A DNA stretch of 64,000 nucleotides, from the NCBI GenBank assembly GCA_951406725.2, contig OX597831.1, positions 18,352,001-18,416,000 on the forward strand, read 5' to 3'. Numbering within the stretch: position 1 is the stretch's first letter; the number at the start of each line of letters is the position of its first letter. The notes under the pieces were generated by a model. That model was not told the DNA's origin. It did not search any database and saw only the letters and a list, made by a program, of their open reading frames with translations. Source of the DNA: Octopus vulgaris. Lineage: Eukaryota. Position numbers and translations under genes: made by a program. Shown here piece by piece: positions 42,546-58,406 of this stretch.

Positions 42546-43099
42546 TATAGAAGAATGTTTATTATTATGAACAAGTCACAATTATAACTAAGAGGGATTC
42601 AAAGCCCTTACATCTTTAGAAACAGCAGTCACAAATGCTATAAGGCCAATTAAATCACTCTTATAAAAGGTGTCTGTTGGCGACATGACAAATAGAATCG
42701 ACAACTTAAAAATTACTGTTTAATTTCTTCTTCCCATTTCGACGTTAAGGACCTATTAAGGGATCCATTCGTCTCTTCAGGGGAATATTCCTGTACATAG
42801 ACATCAAAACAAGTTCGACAAAATAAGTACTAGGCTAACAAAGAATAAGTCCAGGTGTTCGACTGATGGTGATGCTCCATCTTGGCCGCAGTCGGCTTAC
42901 TGAAACAAATAAAAAATATAAAGGAATATTTATATATCTGTGCGTGGGGTGGGGTGTACAGCTTCATGCAAATAGACTGAAAGAATTTTTACGATACATG
43001 AAACTGATTATAAATACTAAATCAATGGAAGTTGACAGATGTAATGTTAATGTGATATGTATTACAACAAAAGCATTAATTATTCAATATGGCAATTAA

Positions 43100-43800
43100 T
43101 GTGACAACGTGGGAAAGCTAATTGCTTGAAGCTGTCGCAAACTCCACCTGTTTGATTTTGCGTGTCGCACGCACGAAGCTGACCTTGAAGGTGTTGATAT
43201 TTGAGTGCGGTGAAACATTGGTCTTTCCTTGTACATCAAAAGTACGTCCCATCAAAAGTAATCAATTTTCACAGCAAGGCAATCACTGTAGCGCCCCAAA
43301 ACCTGGGCGAGAGAGTGGTCTTCAAAAAAATTGGTACCTTCTCAATAGGGAAGAGTTGCGTTGTTTGTTACCTATGGCATAACGGAGACTCCTGGATCAG
43401 CACCATATTGTCAGAGCCCAAACTTCTCCATTCAATGTAAGAGAGATAGAGAGAGAGAGAGAGAGTTCTTCAGGATGTTCAGATATTCCTCTGTGCTTAT
43501 GTTCAGGCCAAACTCAATGAACTGTGGATCCATGTCACTTCCATAAATCGTCACGGCTACAAATAACGTAAGAAAAGCAGGATTCTTACTCCCAAACACA
43601 GTGCGGATATCAGAATGTTTGTATGACATCACTCAAGAAATTATGTGATTCAACTTAGCGTCCATAGTGAACTTCTCTTTCAAAAACACGAGAGGTTCTC
43701 CTGAAACTTTGTGTTTGAAGAATACTCCTGTATGGCCATGCGTTGGCAACCACAGGAGTAAGTCGCTATTTCTTGTTCACCTCTCCTGCGATGTCTAGCA
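43100..43800 (-). mobile_element. Decayed Tc1/mariner-superfamily (maT-like) transposase remnant
   Basis: FVAVT..G..MDPQFIEFGLNISTEEYLNILK resembles DD37D transposases; interrupted by (GA)n. Confidence 0.45.
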
Positions 43801-43919
43801 AAGCGCAAACACATTTTTTATAATGGTGGTAAAAGGGGAGAGATTGATTTCCTTACAACTACTTCATGAACAGTTGGATTCATCAAGACATGTTTAACAC
43901 TGCTCTCAATATTCTCTTG

Positions 43920-44321
43920 GATTCCAGATCTAGGAACAGTAATAATTACATAACCGATGCCTCAACTCAAACCTAAGACTGCAAAATACAAATGAATAAA
44001 AGAATGAAGTATTATATGCTTGTAATTATGTGTGTTTATGCATACCAGCTGCGTTTCCAATCAAACGGTGCATGTAGGTTTATTCTCTAATTAACTTCCA
44101 TAAAGTAAACAATTTGCATATGGCACTACTGGAATTCTTTCTCTGTTCTAGCGTTAGTTCCCTTTCTTCTATCGTGCAAGCAAAAAAAAATATGTATATA
44201 AAATATACAATAATAAAAACTATAGGATAAGCAACATATGTTACTTATTATCTTTTTTAAAATAACACGCTCAGTAGTGTGCTGCATCATAAAACATCTA
44301 AACTGAAGCGAGAAAACCAAG
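43920..44321 (+). promoter_or_regulatory. Conserved upstream/promoter region of gene B, paralogous to ~54700-55147 upstream of gene C
   Basis: Shared blocks: ttggattccagatctag..cagtaataattacataacc, ccagctgcgtttccaatcaa, and TATAAAA-like motifs at ~44196 and ~54991. Confidence 0.45.
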
Positions 44322-44358
44322 ATGAAGCTCTGTATATTTACTTTTATCCTCTTCTTTG
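44322..44358 (+). CDS. Gene B exon 1, signal peptide MKLCIFTFILFF(G)
   Basis: aaaccaagATG context, hydrophobic core, G|GTaagt phase-1 donor. Paralogous to 55148-55184. Confidence 0.85.
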
Positions 44359-45667
44359 GTAAGTAGTTGATTCGTGAATTTTCCGTTAGAAATTAATTAT
44401 CTCTATAACTTCACTATATAACTCTATGTAGCATTCAATCCACATAGCAATCTAGTTCTATATTCATTTGATGATGTATCGCATGACCTATATATGTTTC
44501 TACCGATCAACGAATAACGCAATTATTCAAGTCTTGTCACAATGCCAGCAATGTGGAGGGGTAGAAATCAATTACATCGACCTTAGGTTTTAAAAGCACA
44601 GAGCTTATCGACCGCGAAATAATCAAATGCAAAATTCCATCTCGGCGCGATTTGAACCCAAGACGTTAAGACAGACGATATCGCGCAAAGCCTATTCCTC
44701 GCCGAGTTAACGATTCTAACATTCCCCCCCTTAAGTCATTCATATATCAATGGTCTTTTTTCCCAGCATTTATATATTTAGAATTTATCTCTGTCCATAA
44801 CATTCACCAGTTACAGATATCTATCTATATATATATATAAGAGGCTTTGGGTCTAAATTGTGTGCACATTTTGGTATGTCAGAGGTTGGCGGCTAGACTA
44901 GTGGTCAGATCAAGCTGAAAATTGTCACAGGCATAGAATGCGCAATGAGGCAGGGAGTTGAGTAGGTTAAAGCATCTTGAGAAATGCGGTTGCTATGGTG
45001 AGAAGAGTGATTTTGTATCGATTCAAGGGGTCTATAATGCCCTCCAGATTGGCGCGATTGGCATCTAATTTAATCTATAAAATGAAAAAGGTGAACGTTG
45101 ATACAAATTGGATTTTTATGTAAAAGGGGGTCTAAATGGGGCTGGAAGGGGATTAAAATTTATAGGAGAGGTGAGAAATTGACTGGGAGAGGTGTTGGGG
45201 CGCTACAGTGATTGCCTTGCTGTGAAAACTGGGATTTAATTGATTTTGGGGGACACTTGGTCGTCTACATTGGACACATTTTTCCCGATTTCATTTAAAT
45301 TTTCAACATGGTAAAGTGGAAGCGGATTTGTAATTTAAGCGCGGAAGATCGGTTCGATATTTTGAAAATTAAGGCAATATATATTTTGTATACAAAATGG
45401 CTGACAGTTAGTAAGGAGAGACACAAATAAGAAAGAAGAAAACAAAGGACCACTGATGCGGTCACAGGAGTGTGATGAAAGAACTCTGGCCGAAATAAGA
45501 TTAAGATTAATGTACAAAATAAATAACACTGAAGCAAAATAACACCAAATATATAGTACGTGTGTTTTTATTGGCTAAACTGGCAAAATGACCATTCCGA
45601 AATATAACAATATCTGTTTCAACACACGACTTCACATACAAAATCTTGCACAGCAAATATATAAACG

Positions 45668-45718
<51 letters not shown>

Positions 45719-45980
45719 GTGACTGCGTGTGTATCGTTAGCGATTTTTTTCCTGGTATTCATGTTGCCACATCAACACTAGTATACTCGTCTGAACGCCA
45801 AAAAATACAGAACGAGAACAGTGAAGAAGTTTCAATGAAAATAATAATGCAATACAAATGTATTACTTTCCAGTTGTCCATTTATCGAATGTTCTTCCTA
45901 GTGGTAAGACCATTTTTTTCCATGTTTGTTGCACACACGCATCTTTGCTAGTATATACGCGGTGAAGCTATACAATAGCG

Positions 45981-46028
<48 letters not shown>

Positions 46029-46149
46029 TGCTATTTTCCAGTAAATATTGGTGCGTTGTTGTACCATTTATCTACTTTTATATGTATAATTTAACCCTTA
46101 TCGGGGCTACCTTTTACTGGAAAGTAATACATTTGTATTGCATTATTAT

Positions 46150-46256
<107 letters not shown>

Positions 46257-46575
46257 AGCAGGTTAGTGGTTACTAGAATATTAGTTAAATGTATTATAGC
46301 AATAGCAAGTATGCTTTCCAAATATCAGAAAAAAGTTCTAACAATGAAGGGAATAGAATTTCGAGACAGGCCAGGAGTGATAGAATGAGAATACATTCTA
46401 TGAATAAGCCAAGTTTTAAAATGGACTTTACTACAGATGCAGAATTCTCTTTCTAAAATATCCGATATTATTATTAAAAAATGCATTATAGGATCGAATT
46501 CAAAACGTACTTTGAATAAATAATTTCACATCGTAATTAGTTGAACAAATAATAATAAACATAATAATTTTATAG

Positions 46576-46666
46576 GAGTAACTATCTCAAGACGCTGCGA
46601 GGAAATAGCAAAACAGCATTGCCCAGTGCCATACGAAGCATATCGACGATATGACTTCGACTGTAC
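46576..46666 (+). CDS. Gene B exon 2: (G)[29 protein letters not shown](T)
   Basis: ttttatAG acceptor and GTatgt donor. 91 nt, phase 1-2. Confidence 0.88.
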
Positions 46667-46740
46667 GTATGTATCATCGTATTTCTACGTTTATATTTAC
46701 AAATAGTACATTGTACCTGTAACTATGTATACATACATAC

Positions 46741-46828
<88 letters not shown>

Positions 46829-46898
46829 ACATTAAGAGAAAAGAAACTGATAGACGTTTGGAGTAATCAATTACTTTTTTTAATTATGAATGTGTATA

Positions 46899-46941
<43 letters not shown>

Positions 46942-46984
46942 ATGCGTATATATAATATATATGTTATTTAGAGGCAGTAGTCCC

Positions 46985-47522
46985 CTTCATCCCACCATAT
47001 AAAATAATTTTAATTTAAATTAATACTTACTACTCATTTCTAAGCTACACATGTTTCTTGTGGTTCTTTTACGGTTCCTTAAGCACGCAGTATTTTACAG
47101 GAACCTTTCTTAAAATGTAAACCCAATCATCAGTCCTCTAAATAACTTTCTCATAATTCGACACCAAATACTATATTTTAAGTTTAACATATAAGTATGT
47201 GTATGTATAACTATGTTTACCGGACCTTACTGTGCAAGCCATAATTTAATTAAAATAAACTTAATAAAATTAAAAATTAAAAAATAAAAATGTACGAATG
47301 ACAAAATGCATATATGTTAAAATTAAAATATAGTATTTGGTATCGAACTATGATAAAGTTATTTAGAGGCCTGATGGTTGTGGTTACATTTTAAGAAAGA
47401 TTCCTGTAAAACACTGCGTTCTTAAGGAACCGTAAAAGAACCTCAAGAAACACATGTAGCTGAGAAATGAGTAGTAAGTATTAATTTAAATTAAAATTTT
47501 TTTATATGGTGGGATGAAAGGG
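46985..47522. repeat. ~200-bp inverted repeat (46985-47185 / 47320-47522), Penelope-terminus-like, with degenerate hammerhead motifs
   Basis: Arms are reverse complements. CTGATG(A/G)-ttg..caa-GAAA-ca..tg-TA in both arms. Confidence 0.65.
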
Positions 47523-47629
47523 TCTACTGTCACTAAATAACGTATATATTTCCCTATTGACAATAATTTGAACCCCTGTGATGCCGGAAGTTTTACTCCC
47601 TAATAAATAATATATAAGTGTATCTATAA

Positions 47630-48570
47630 ATAAATAAATGGAGTTAAACGCAGGTGTTATGCAAATTCTTTTACTTCCGATACATGTTTCGAAGATATCA
47701 TTTGTATTATTCCAAAGGAATAAAGTGGTGTAAAACAACGTTATCTTCTCTTCAGGGAAATGAAGAAATGAAACTCCTCAATAAGCCATTTTAACAGAAT
47801 ATGATGGATATGTAAATTTATGGACTGAACGCTATTAAGTTTCTTTTTTAAACCTAAGAGGTAGCCTATACAAAGAGGAGGGTAAAAGCAAACAAAAAAT
47901 AGAAAACACATAAATGAGAAGTTTAGAACGATATGCAAATTAAATAAAACCCTAAAGTCTTGGAAAAAGACATATCTAGTGAAAATGAGATGTAAGACGA
48001 ACATCAATGTTTAAATTATACATATTGATAGACATTACTTATATAAACTGAAACTGTGTTTCCGCCGATGTTTACATCGGTAAGCACTCTCTATAACCGT
48101 GGTTTTCATGTTACGATGGGAAGTTCTTATTCAGTACAAGTAGCTGATTTAGTCAGTATACATATACTTTATGAAATTGCAGAACAGCTCCCAAGCATCA
48201 ATGGAGGTCTGTATCGTGATGATTGTTTACTTTACCTTCAAAACGATTCTGACCAAAAAGTACAAAAAGTTAAGAATAGTAAAAAAAGTAGAATAGGCTT
48301 TGGAATCGTTTTTGATGATCGGGTAATGAAGGCCAACTTTTAAGATATTACACTTAACTTACAAAATAATTCGTACTTCCCATACTACAAACCATCGACT
48401 AATCTTAAGTGTATTAGGCAATTCTGTAATCATTCAAGGGCCATCACTTGGAACTCAGTTAGGAATATTTCATTAGATTGTCTAAGTTATGCTAATGTTG
48501 ACATTTTCAATAAGGCTGGATTATATAACTCTGCCGTATTTAAAGCAAGTTATACAGAGAAAGTTACCTA
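47630..48570 (+). mobile_element. Penelope-like RT fragment preceded by an inverted terminal repeat with a degenerate hammerhead (47675-47759, - strand)
   Basis: GGLYRDDCLLYLQN, related to the 20626-23700 element. Confidence 0.7.
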
Positions 48571-48813
48571 CATTAATTCCATTCAATCTTATTCTAACTT
48601 TACTAATGGAGACATGAAATCTAGTTGTAAGGATGTAAACGATATCATTTTCAATTCATACGTCATCATCAAACAGAGGAAGGGAGATAACCCATATTTA
48701 TACCCCACTTTTCATTCTAAAGGTAAATCGCTGTCTTTTAAAGATAGTTACACTAAAAATATGGCAACTAATTTTTAAAAATACACACACTAGGACACAT
48801 GCCCTTCCCTCAC

Positions 48814-48861
<48 letters not shown>

Positions 48862-49576
48862 TGTTATAAACAAGCTAAAACCATTTTTAATGCGTAGAGT
48901 CCAATATCGTATATAATCTGAGGTATTTTCCGTCATTTAAAGATTTTATGCATTCGAAGAACAGATATTCCTCATTAGTAGCAGCGTTTTTATTTCGCAG
49001 ATTAGTGCATATATCAAATATAAGACAATATTTTACTAAATTACTTACTCTATCTTTCAATAACTGTCAAAAATGATTATGATGAGAGTCTTGTTAACAC
49101 ATAATTTAAAGTCCCGCACATTTTAATTATGTTGTAACTGTTATGAACATGAAAGTTTAATTCGCTCACTTCTTACGCCTTAAAGACATACAATCATTAA
49201 GTAAGCTTTTTGCTATAGGCAAAATGTCTATAATTTTGTGAGTGTGGTCTTCCAGGACCTAGATTCCAGGGCCCGACTGTATTTCTATTATCGTTTCAAA
49301 AAAGAAGAAACAAAGTGTGAACCTCAGCATCATTTGAACTCAGAATGTAAACATGGATGAAATAGTGATTCGTATTTTGTTTATATTTTTTATTAAAACT
49401 CTTCTCCTAAAACATTTCTGACCAATATTCGATGTGTAATATTTGAAGTGTAATAATGGCAGTCGTAAATATAAATGAGGCACACCGTTGTTATGCAACC
49501 AAGACTTAAGTAGTCTCAATAACGCAAGAAAATCATGGTATTTTATATAAAATTGTCGTATTTCTTCGTCTTCCAG

Positions 49577-49658
49577 AGGTTATAAAAAGTTTCTGAGATG
49601 CTTTCATGGACAAGATAGTAAATGTTATGGATTCTTTAAATACCATCCTAACTGCATG
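49577..49658 (+). CDS. Gene B exon 3: GYKKFLRCFHGQDSKCYGFFKYHPNCM
   Basis: tttcttcgtcttccAG acceptor and GTaagg donor. 82 nt, phase 2-0. Confidence 0.88.
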
Positions 49659-50493
49659 GTAAGGGTTTTTTTTCACTCTAATGATGTCCATTTCTATCAA
49701 TGAATAACATAATACATTACAGTTTATATTCATCTTTCATCGATTACATTTAGAATAGAAAACCACTTCTGATGCGATAAAACTAATGTTAAAAATCCAC
49801 AACGACACGGTTTTACTAAATTATACAATGCATAGTATTGCCATTATACTTGCCATTTAGGTGCAATATTCGATACGAAGTCTGGTCAACCGTAAAGATT
49901 TCAGGGGGCAATTCATAGGAGGAACTTCTTGTATTTTATATTTTAGCTGAACAAATGCGGAGACGTGTTAACATTTTTTTAAGTAGGGGAAGCAGTAAAA
50001 TAAATATTTGTGGAATCCTTTTGTATGCAATCATACCAAAAGAAATCTCAATAACGGAGGTACATATTCACTTCACATTATTAAATACGAACTCAAATGT
50101 TTGAGTTCTTCATAATTTACAAAATGTTTTACGATTATTTTGATAAGATTTTAGAAGGGTTTACGTGTTACGTAATTTAAACACATCAAGAATGCGAATA
50201 ATAACAAAGAAAATTAATCGAACCGCCTAAACCTTTTAGGAAGAAACGTTTTAAAGAATATATATCAAAATATTTCCCTCACCAGTTTTGTAATCGATAT
50301 AAACTAAATTTTAATTTGGACGCTAAATGAATGAGATTTGTCAGTCTAAGTGTTCGTTATTATTTCCAAGATCTTGATAACAACACGAGAAGCAATCTGT
50401 ATCATTTTGATTGTGTCTTTATGATTGAAATGATTTTAAATACGACCATTTCACCGTCATTCAATTTACTATGAACTCTCTCTCGAATTTCAG

Positions 50494-50523
50494 CACAGGA
50501 ATACTTCAAATAAGAAAGGAAAG
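50494..50523 (+). CDS. Gene B exon 4 micro-exon: HRNTSNKKGK (candidate omega site in N-T-S-N)
   Basis: aatttcAG acceptor and GTatgt donor. 30 nt, phase 0-0, homologous to 27258-27287. Confidence 0.72.
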
Positions 50524-51604
50524 GTATGTGCTTGTGATTTCCCCGTAAAAATTACAAAAAATATGATAATCTTACTACAGTAACGTCGGTATTCTTATCC
50601 ATATAACTACATCAGAAACCAGATACACTGCCGGTGTTTAAAACACATATAATTTGTTTAAACATGAACTACAAAACTAACTCGTAAGGAGTGAAGCCAT
50701 AATATGAATATAAGACCGAATATTGCTCGCGCAATCGTTTTTAGTTATCCTCACCATGTGTTACAAAAATAATTTCCATTTTTGTCACCTCTGACCATCA
50801 CGAAAGAGTTGGACATGGTTATAAAATCAACTCCATTTGTTTTTGCTTTTTTTTATTTGATTTTTAAAACTTAAATCTAAATAGTAAATTTCTAATATTA
50901 TTTAACGTAGAAATTCCTTTTCCTGAAGTTTTACCACACATTTCTTTATCGTTATTTCAACGTCCAAAAACATTGACTATTTGCAGACCAAAATATGATA
51001 TAGATGCCATATACCCATTACTAATTGCAGTGTTATTATGATACCATTTCAAATAAGTTTAGGCAGCAATCCAATGAGAAATTCCATGTTATTATGTTAT
51101 ATATGTATTAACATTAATTGTAATTTATGAATATACCAAAACCTGAGAAACAATTTCCTTTGTTCAGAAAATACACGATTAACCTCCCAATAACGTAAGA
51201 TTCTCACATGGATATCATGAATGTATCTTCAATTTGGAATCACTCTTGAAGCCTTCTCTGGTAAATCAGCGCCTCATGCGTTTTGTCCCATAAACATCAC
51301 GCGCCGCCTATGTGGGACAGGGAGAAGTGAATTTGGCTTTGTCATGGACACTTTCCATCTGCCCTTTCTTTATGAACAAAATCTACCACGGACTGTTCTT
51401 TGTTGCTAATGTTATCTCTCTGATGGCTGTACTACATTGTGTTTGAATGCAATGATGTTTTACAACAAGAACCATCACGTAATAACGTAAAATAACGGCA
51501 GCTAGTATTCAATTCTAAAAATATATAACAAAATATTTGTATATATTATACCGGCTTCCTTTTTTGTTGTCATTAATTATATATTTTTTCTATTCTATTT
51601 GCAG

Positions 51605-51664
51605 GTGACAATTCAGCAAGTATTCCTTACAGTACTTGGGGTTACATTATTAATAAAATACTGA
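51605..51664 (+). CDS. Gene B exon 5 (terminal hydrophobic tail): VTIQQVFLTVLGVTLLIKY*
   Basis: Strong acceptor ttttttctattctatttgcAG. Stop at the same position as gene A exon 5. Total CDS 300 nt = 99 aa + stop. Confidence 0.78.
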   Translation: MTIQQVFLTVLGVTLLIKY

Positions 51665-52532
51665 ATAAACATGTTAAAATAATTAACTGTTTCTGTTCGG
51701 CTGTAATTCTCATTGACGTTCATGGTACACACGTCGAAATCTACCTTGATAAAGATATTAATTATGGGAAGGCGTATATATGTTTCACATATTTATAAAA
51801 TTTGAAAATCCAGCATCATCAGATTATGCTTTTGAATACAATCGTTTGTTTGAGCGTATTTAGTATATTCATATATACACTAAAAATTCACACGTTTATC
51901 TACAGGTGAATTTCTGAAAGGATTATGTCCACCTTTCAGGAAATTACTAACGTAATAAAACGTTCAGTTAATTAGCAACAGATTTTCTTATTCTTGCGAT
52001 TGTATAAAGAATGAAATTATATTACACAAGTCTGAATCGTTAAACGAAGTGAACGGAGATTTCCTACTTTTCAGTGATTCTGAATAATTTCTTATGTTTA
52101 TTTCAAATATGGTGTTAGTATTATCTGCGCTTGTGTTCGGCTGTAATTCTGACTGACGTCCAGGTACATACGTCGGAAATCTCTTCCTGTATATTCACGT
52201 TAGTTCCATTTCTTCTACAGTGCAAGCAAATAAAATGCGCACATATTTTGCATTCATTCCCCCTCTGCGACATTGTTTTAGATAAAAATACGAAGAAATT
52301 AAGAGCAAATAACAGTAAAATAAACCGATATGAATATTCCATGTAAGCCTACATATTGAATAAATATATATCTCTAATGCACTTTCCGTAGATTTAAATT
52401 AATTGTACTACTTTTCAAACTTCCATGTTTTTGATTTCCTTCCAGCTTTGGTATTGCTTAAAGTCTTTCTTCAGGGTCCGTCAGTAATCCACTGTAATAT
52501 TTACATTCAACTCCACTGGTACCTCCGCAACA

Positions 52533-52862
52533 TTTCATAGCTAAGTTCTCCCCCAAATTAAATGGCTGAAACTTTACTCAACATACATTGAAGGACAAAA
52601 AATGTTTTTTTTAGATTTACAATATGATACAGTGGAACATTTAATATATGTGTGTATGTATATATATATATAGGTGTGTGTGTGTGTATATGTTACCTAT
52701 TACATCCATTATATTGTTTTTGCAATTTACTTGATCTTTACTTGCCAATTGTCATTCTAACTTTAACCTTCCTATGATATGCAATTTTCAAGATGGTGTA
52801 ACTTGATTGTTCATTTTGATTCGTTAGAAGGTGGATTTTTCCCTAATATTTCATGTGTAAGC

Positions 52863-52913
<51 letters not shown>

Positions 52914-54044
52914 CATTGAAGGACGCATCTTTCGATTTACAATCTAATATTGTAGAACATTTAGTATATGTCTGTGTGTATATGTATATATATATATCTG
53001 TGTGTGTATAGATATGTGTATTGCCTGTTATATACATTATATTATATTATTATTTTTATAATTCACTTCCATCTTTACCTTTTAATTGTCACTTTAATTT
53101 TAACTTTCCTATGATATACAATTTTCAAGATGGTATAATTTGGTTGTTCATTTTGAACCGATAAAAAGTTTTTTTCAAATATTTTATGTATAAGTCTGTG
53201 TGTGTATATATATGTATTGGTATAAATATCAACACACAAAAATATTTTTTCTTCTCCACTTCCTCCCTTATTTTTATTTTTATTTATTTTTTATATTTTT
53301 TATTTTTTTATTTTTTATATTTTTTATTATTTTTTTATTTTTTATTATTTTTATATTTTTATATTTTTATTTTTTATTTTTTTATTTTTTTATTTTTATT
53401 TTTATATTTATTTTTATTTTTATTTTCCCTTTTCTCTTTTTGTCTCTCTCCCCGTCTCCAAACACACAGAGACACACACACACACACACACACGCACACA
53501 AACACATACGGACACACAGAGACACACACACACACACACACACCTCCACAAAATGATCATTGAAAGTGTGACCCGAAATGACATTTGTCCGGCCAACCTA
53601 CGCACAACACACACTCAGTGACATCAAAATGGACAGAGCCCAAATTCTTATAAAACCACAGGAGGTCCAGTAGGCCAACGGAAATAAAACTTCTTCCCTC
53701 TCAGATATAAACGCGCGCACACACACACACACACAAACACATACACATACACACACACACACATGCACACATACACACGCATATACACACACATCCACAT
53801 ACACACATGTTTTCTCTGTCTCACTTCCTCCTCACCCTCTTATACTGTCTTATTTCTACGCACTACTACGAAACTATAAAATGTTCAAATTCCCCACAAT
53901 TGATTTGATTTGAAAACCCCCACTAGATTGGGAGAAAGCGCTAATCCGAATGATATGATCTGAATGATATGATATATATGTAAAAAATGTAATATATAAA
54001 TAAATATCTACAAATATGAACCATCCGATCTGATTACCTCATTT

Positions 54045-54050
<6 letters not shown>
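52533..54050 (+). repeat. Penelope-associated 3' repeat, uninterrupted copy of 4034-4145 + 6504-7620
   Basis: Direct similarity starting tttcatagctaagttctcccc. Confidence 0.7.
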
Positions 54051-54119
<69 letters not shown>

Positions 54120-55147
54120 ATTTAGGTATATATATTATGCTTGTGAAATCTCTCACCTTGCTCTTCACATACATTGCCAATGTTCTCCTCCGTGCAATAC
54201 CCGAGGGGCCACTGACGAAACTGTATTTTAACATTAACGGTGCACCCAGACTTTTTAAAATTTTGCAACATGATATCAGCAGTGATTTGAAATTTAAACA
54301 CGTATCACCAAAGGCTGACCCCGGGAACTACTAACACTACATTATACCATGAGTTAGCAATCATATACACAGCTTTTGAAAGTAATCTTCACTGTCGGAG
54401 TAGCCAACGGGTATTTGATAAACAATTTACCTGCATTTAGGTTGCTATTTTATCTTAATATTAGAAAACAATATTAATTAATACAGAACTATTTTGTTGC
54501 AGAAAATGAATCAGATGCCGCAAATATATCAAATAATTAAAAGAAACTTAATTCTGCCAGCTTACAGCACAGCCCCAGCAAGAGCAAACTAGGGACAGAT
54601 TGCAAAGGAGTCCCTATCACGCTACGTACCAAGAGATTTAGCATTTACAGGATCTCGTGACTCTACCAGACTTAACATTAGACTGTATGTCTCATCTAAC
54701 TTGGATTCCAGATCTAGAAACAGTAATAATTACATAACCACTGCCTGAATTTAAATCTAAAACTGGAAAACAGAAATGAGTAAAAGAATGAAATATTATA
54801 TACGTGTATTTATATGTGAGCATGAGTGTTTATGCGTACCAGCTGCGTTTCCAATCAAGTAGTGCACACGTGTTATTATATTTTCTAATTAACTGCCTTG
54901 AAGCAATTAACTGCAAATGGCACTACTGAAACTCTTTCTCTATATTAACGTTTGCTCCCTTCCTTCAACACTGCAGGCAAATAAAATACGTATAAAATAT
55001 ACAATAATTCAAATTATAGAATAAGCAGTTTAAAATGTCATATTTACTAGCTTGTGCGAAACATATGTTACATATTATCTGTTTCAAATAAGACAACCAA
55101 GTAACTGCTATATCACAATCCACCAATATTGAAGAGACAAAACCAAG

Positions 55148-55184
55148 ATGACGCTCTCTGCATTTACTTTTGTCCTGCTCATTT
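55148..55184 (+). CDS. Gene C exon 1, signal peptide MTLSAFTFVLLI(W)
   Basis: aaaccaagATG context, 37 nt, GTaagt donor. Upstream and downstream flanks align with gene B exon 1 flanks. Confidence 0.85.
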
Positions 55185-55837
55185 GTAAGTAGTTGCTTCG
55201 TGATTCTTCCATTACAAATGAATATCACTTTCAAAATATTTCTCTCTGAGACATTCGATCCACACAGCAAACTAGTCTTATCTTAATTTAATGACGTATT
55301 AAATACCTAAATATTTTTTCCGCCGTACAAAGTATAACGTCATGTATATATTAGTATAAACTTTTTCGAAATGCCAGCAATTTCGGGGAGGGGGACAAAT
55401 CCATTTCAATCGACCCTTGTCTTCAAACATGCTTATCGACCTCAGAAGAATGAAAGTCAAAGTCCACATCGGTGGCATTTGAACTGAGAACGTTAAGATG
55501 GAGAAAATACCACTGGGCATTTTGTCCGACGTGTTAAGCCATATCAGGGGAGAGCCATTTTCTTTCAGTGCCTTATTAATTTAACACACTCATCGATTTC
55601 CATTCATTTTCTTATTTATTTTTATTAAAATGTTCGTTGCGACTTTTCAATATTCATAGACTCGCTCAACTAAATATCTCAATGAGTGGAAATCGGTGAA
55701 TGTGTTAAATTAATAAGAAACTAAGAGAGAATGACTCTCCCTAGACAGAGTAAAATATGCTTCAACTTAAAGAATCGTGCAAACCATATAGACAGAGGAA
55801 ATGTGAATATAAATCATATGTGAATTATAGATATATA

Positions 55838-56225
55838 GGCGCAAGATTGGCTGTGTGGTAAGGGGCTTGCTCACCAACAACATGGTTTCCGATTCAGATG
55901 CACTGCGTGGCATCTTAAGCAATTGTCTTCTACAGTAGACTCAGGTGAGCCAAAGCCTTCTGAGAGGATTTGGTAGGCGGAAACGCATCGTGTGTGTGTG
56001 TGTGAGTGTGTGTGTGTGTGTGTGTATATTGTGTGTGTAAGTCTGTGTTTGTCCCACAACATCATTTGACAACCGATGTTGCTAGGTTTACTTACCCGTA
56101 ACTTAAGTGTTCGGCAGAAGGTTAAGTACAAGGTTAACAAACAATAATTCCTGGGGGCGATTTGTCCGACTAAAGGCAGTGGTCCAGGATGGCCGCAGTG
56201 AAATTAGTGAAACAAGTAAAAGGGT
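55838..56225 (+). mobile_element. Degenerate copy of the tRNA-derived SINE
   Basis: Similar to 24249-24650. Confidence 0.7.
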
Positions 56226-56267
56226 AAATGAATAAAAGGATATACACGTATTATGTGTAAATTATGC

Positions 56268-56315
<48 letters not shown>

Positions 56316-56539
56316 GAAATATGTTACGAAAATAAAATCTAAAATACACGTGGAAATGTAAGGGTAAAATATGAAAAATCAACGAAATTGCATATTGCAA
56401 ATAGAAAAAGGCTATTTATGACAGGTAGTCACAAGTATATACATTTAGATTGACTATGGTAGTAATACGAGTCATAAAGGTCATTATTATGGGATGATTA
56501 TAAGATGATAATAAAGTAAGAGAACAAAACGAACCAGTG

Positions 56540-58406
<1,867 letters not shown>

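Noticed and set aside
42730-42786. Hammerhead-like motif on the - strand (CTGAAGA-gacg..cgtc-GAAA)
   Set aside because: Stem III and the cleavage triplet are missing; at most a decayed remnant.
51221-51409. 62-aa Cys-containing ORF in gene B intron 4
   Set aside because: No signal peptide and no open homolog in the equivalent gene A segments; likely chance.
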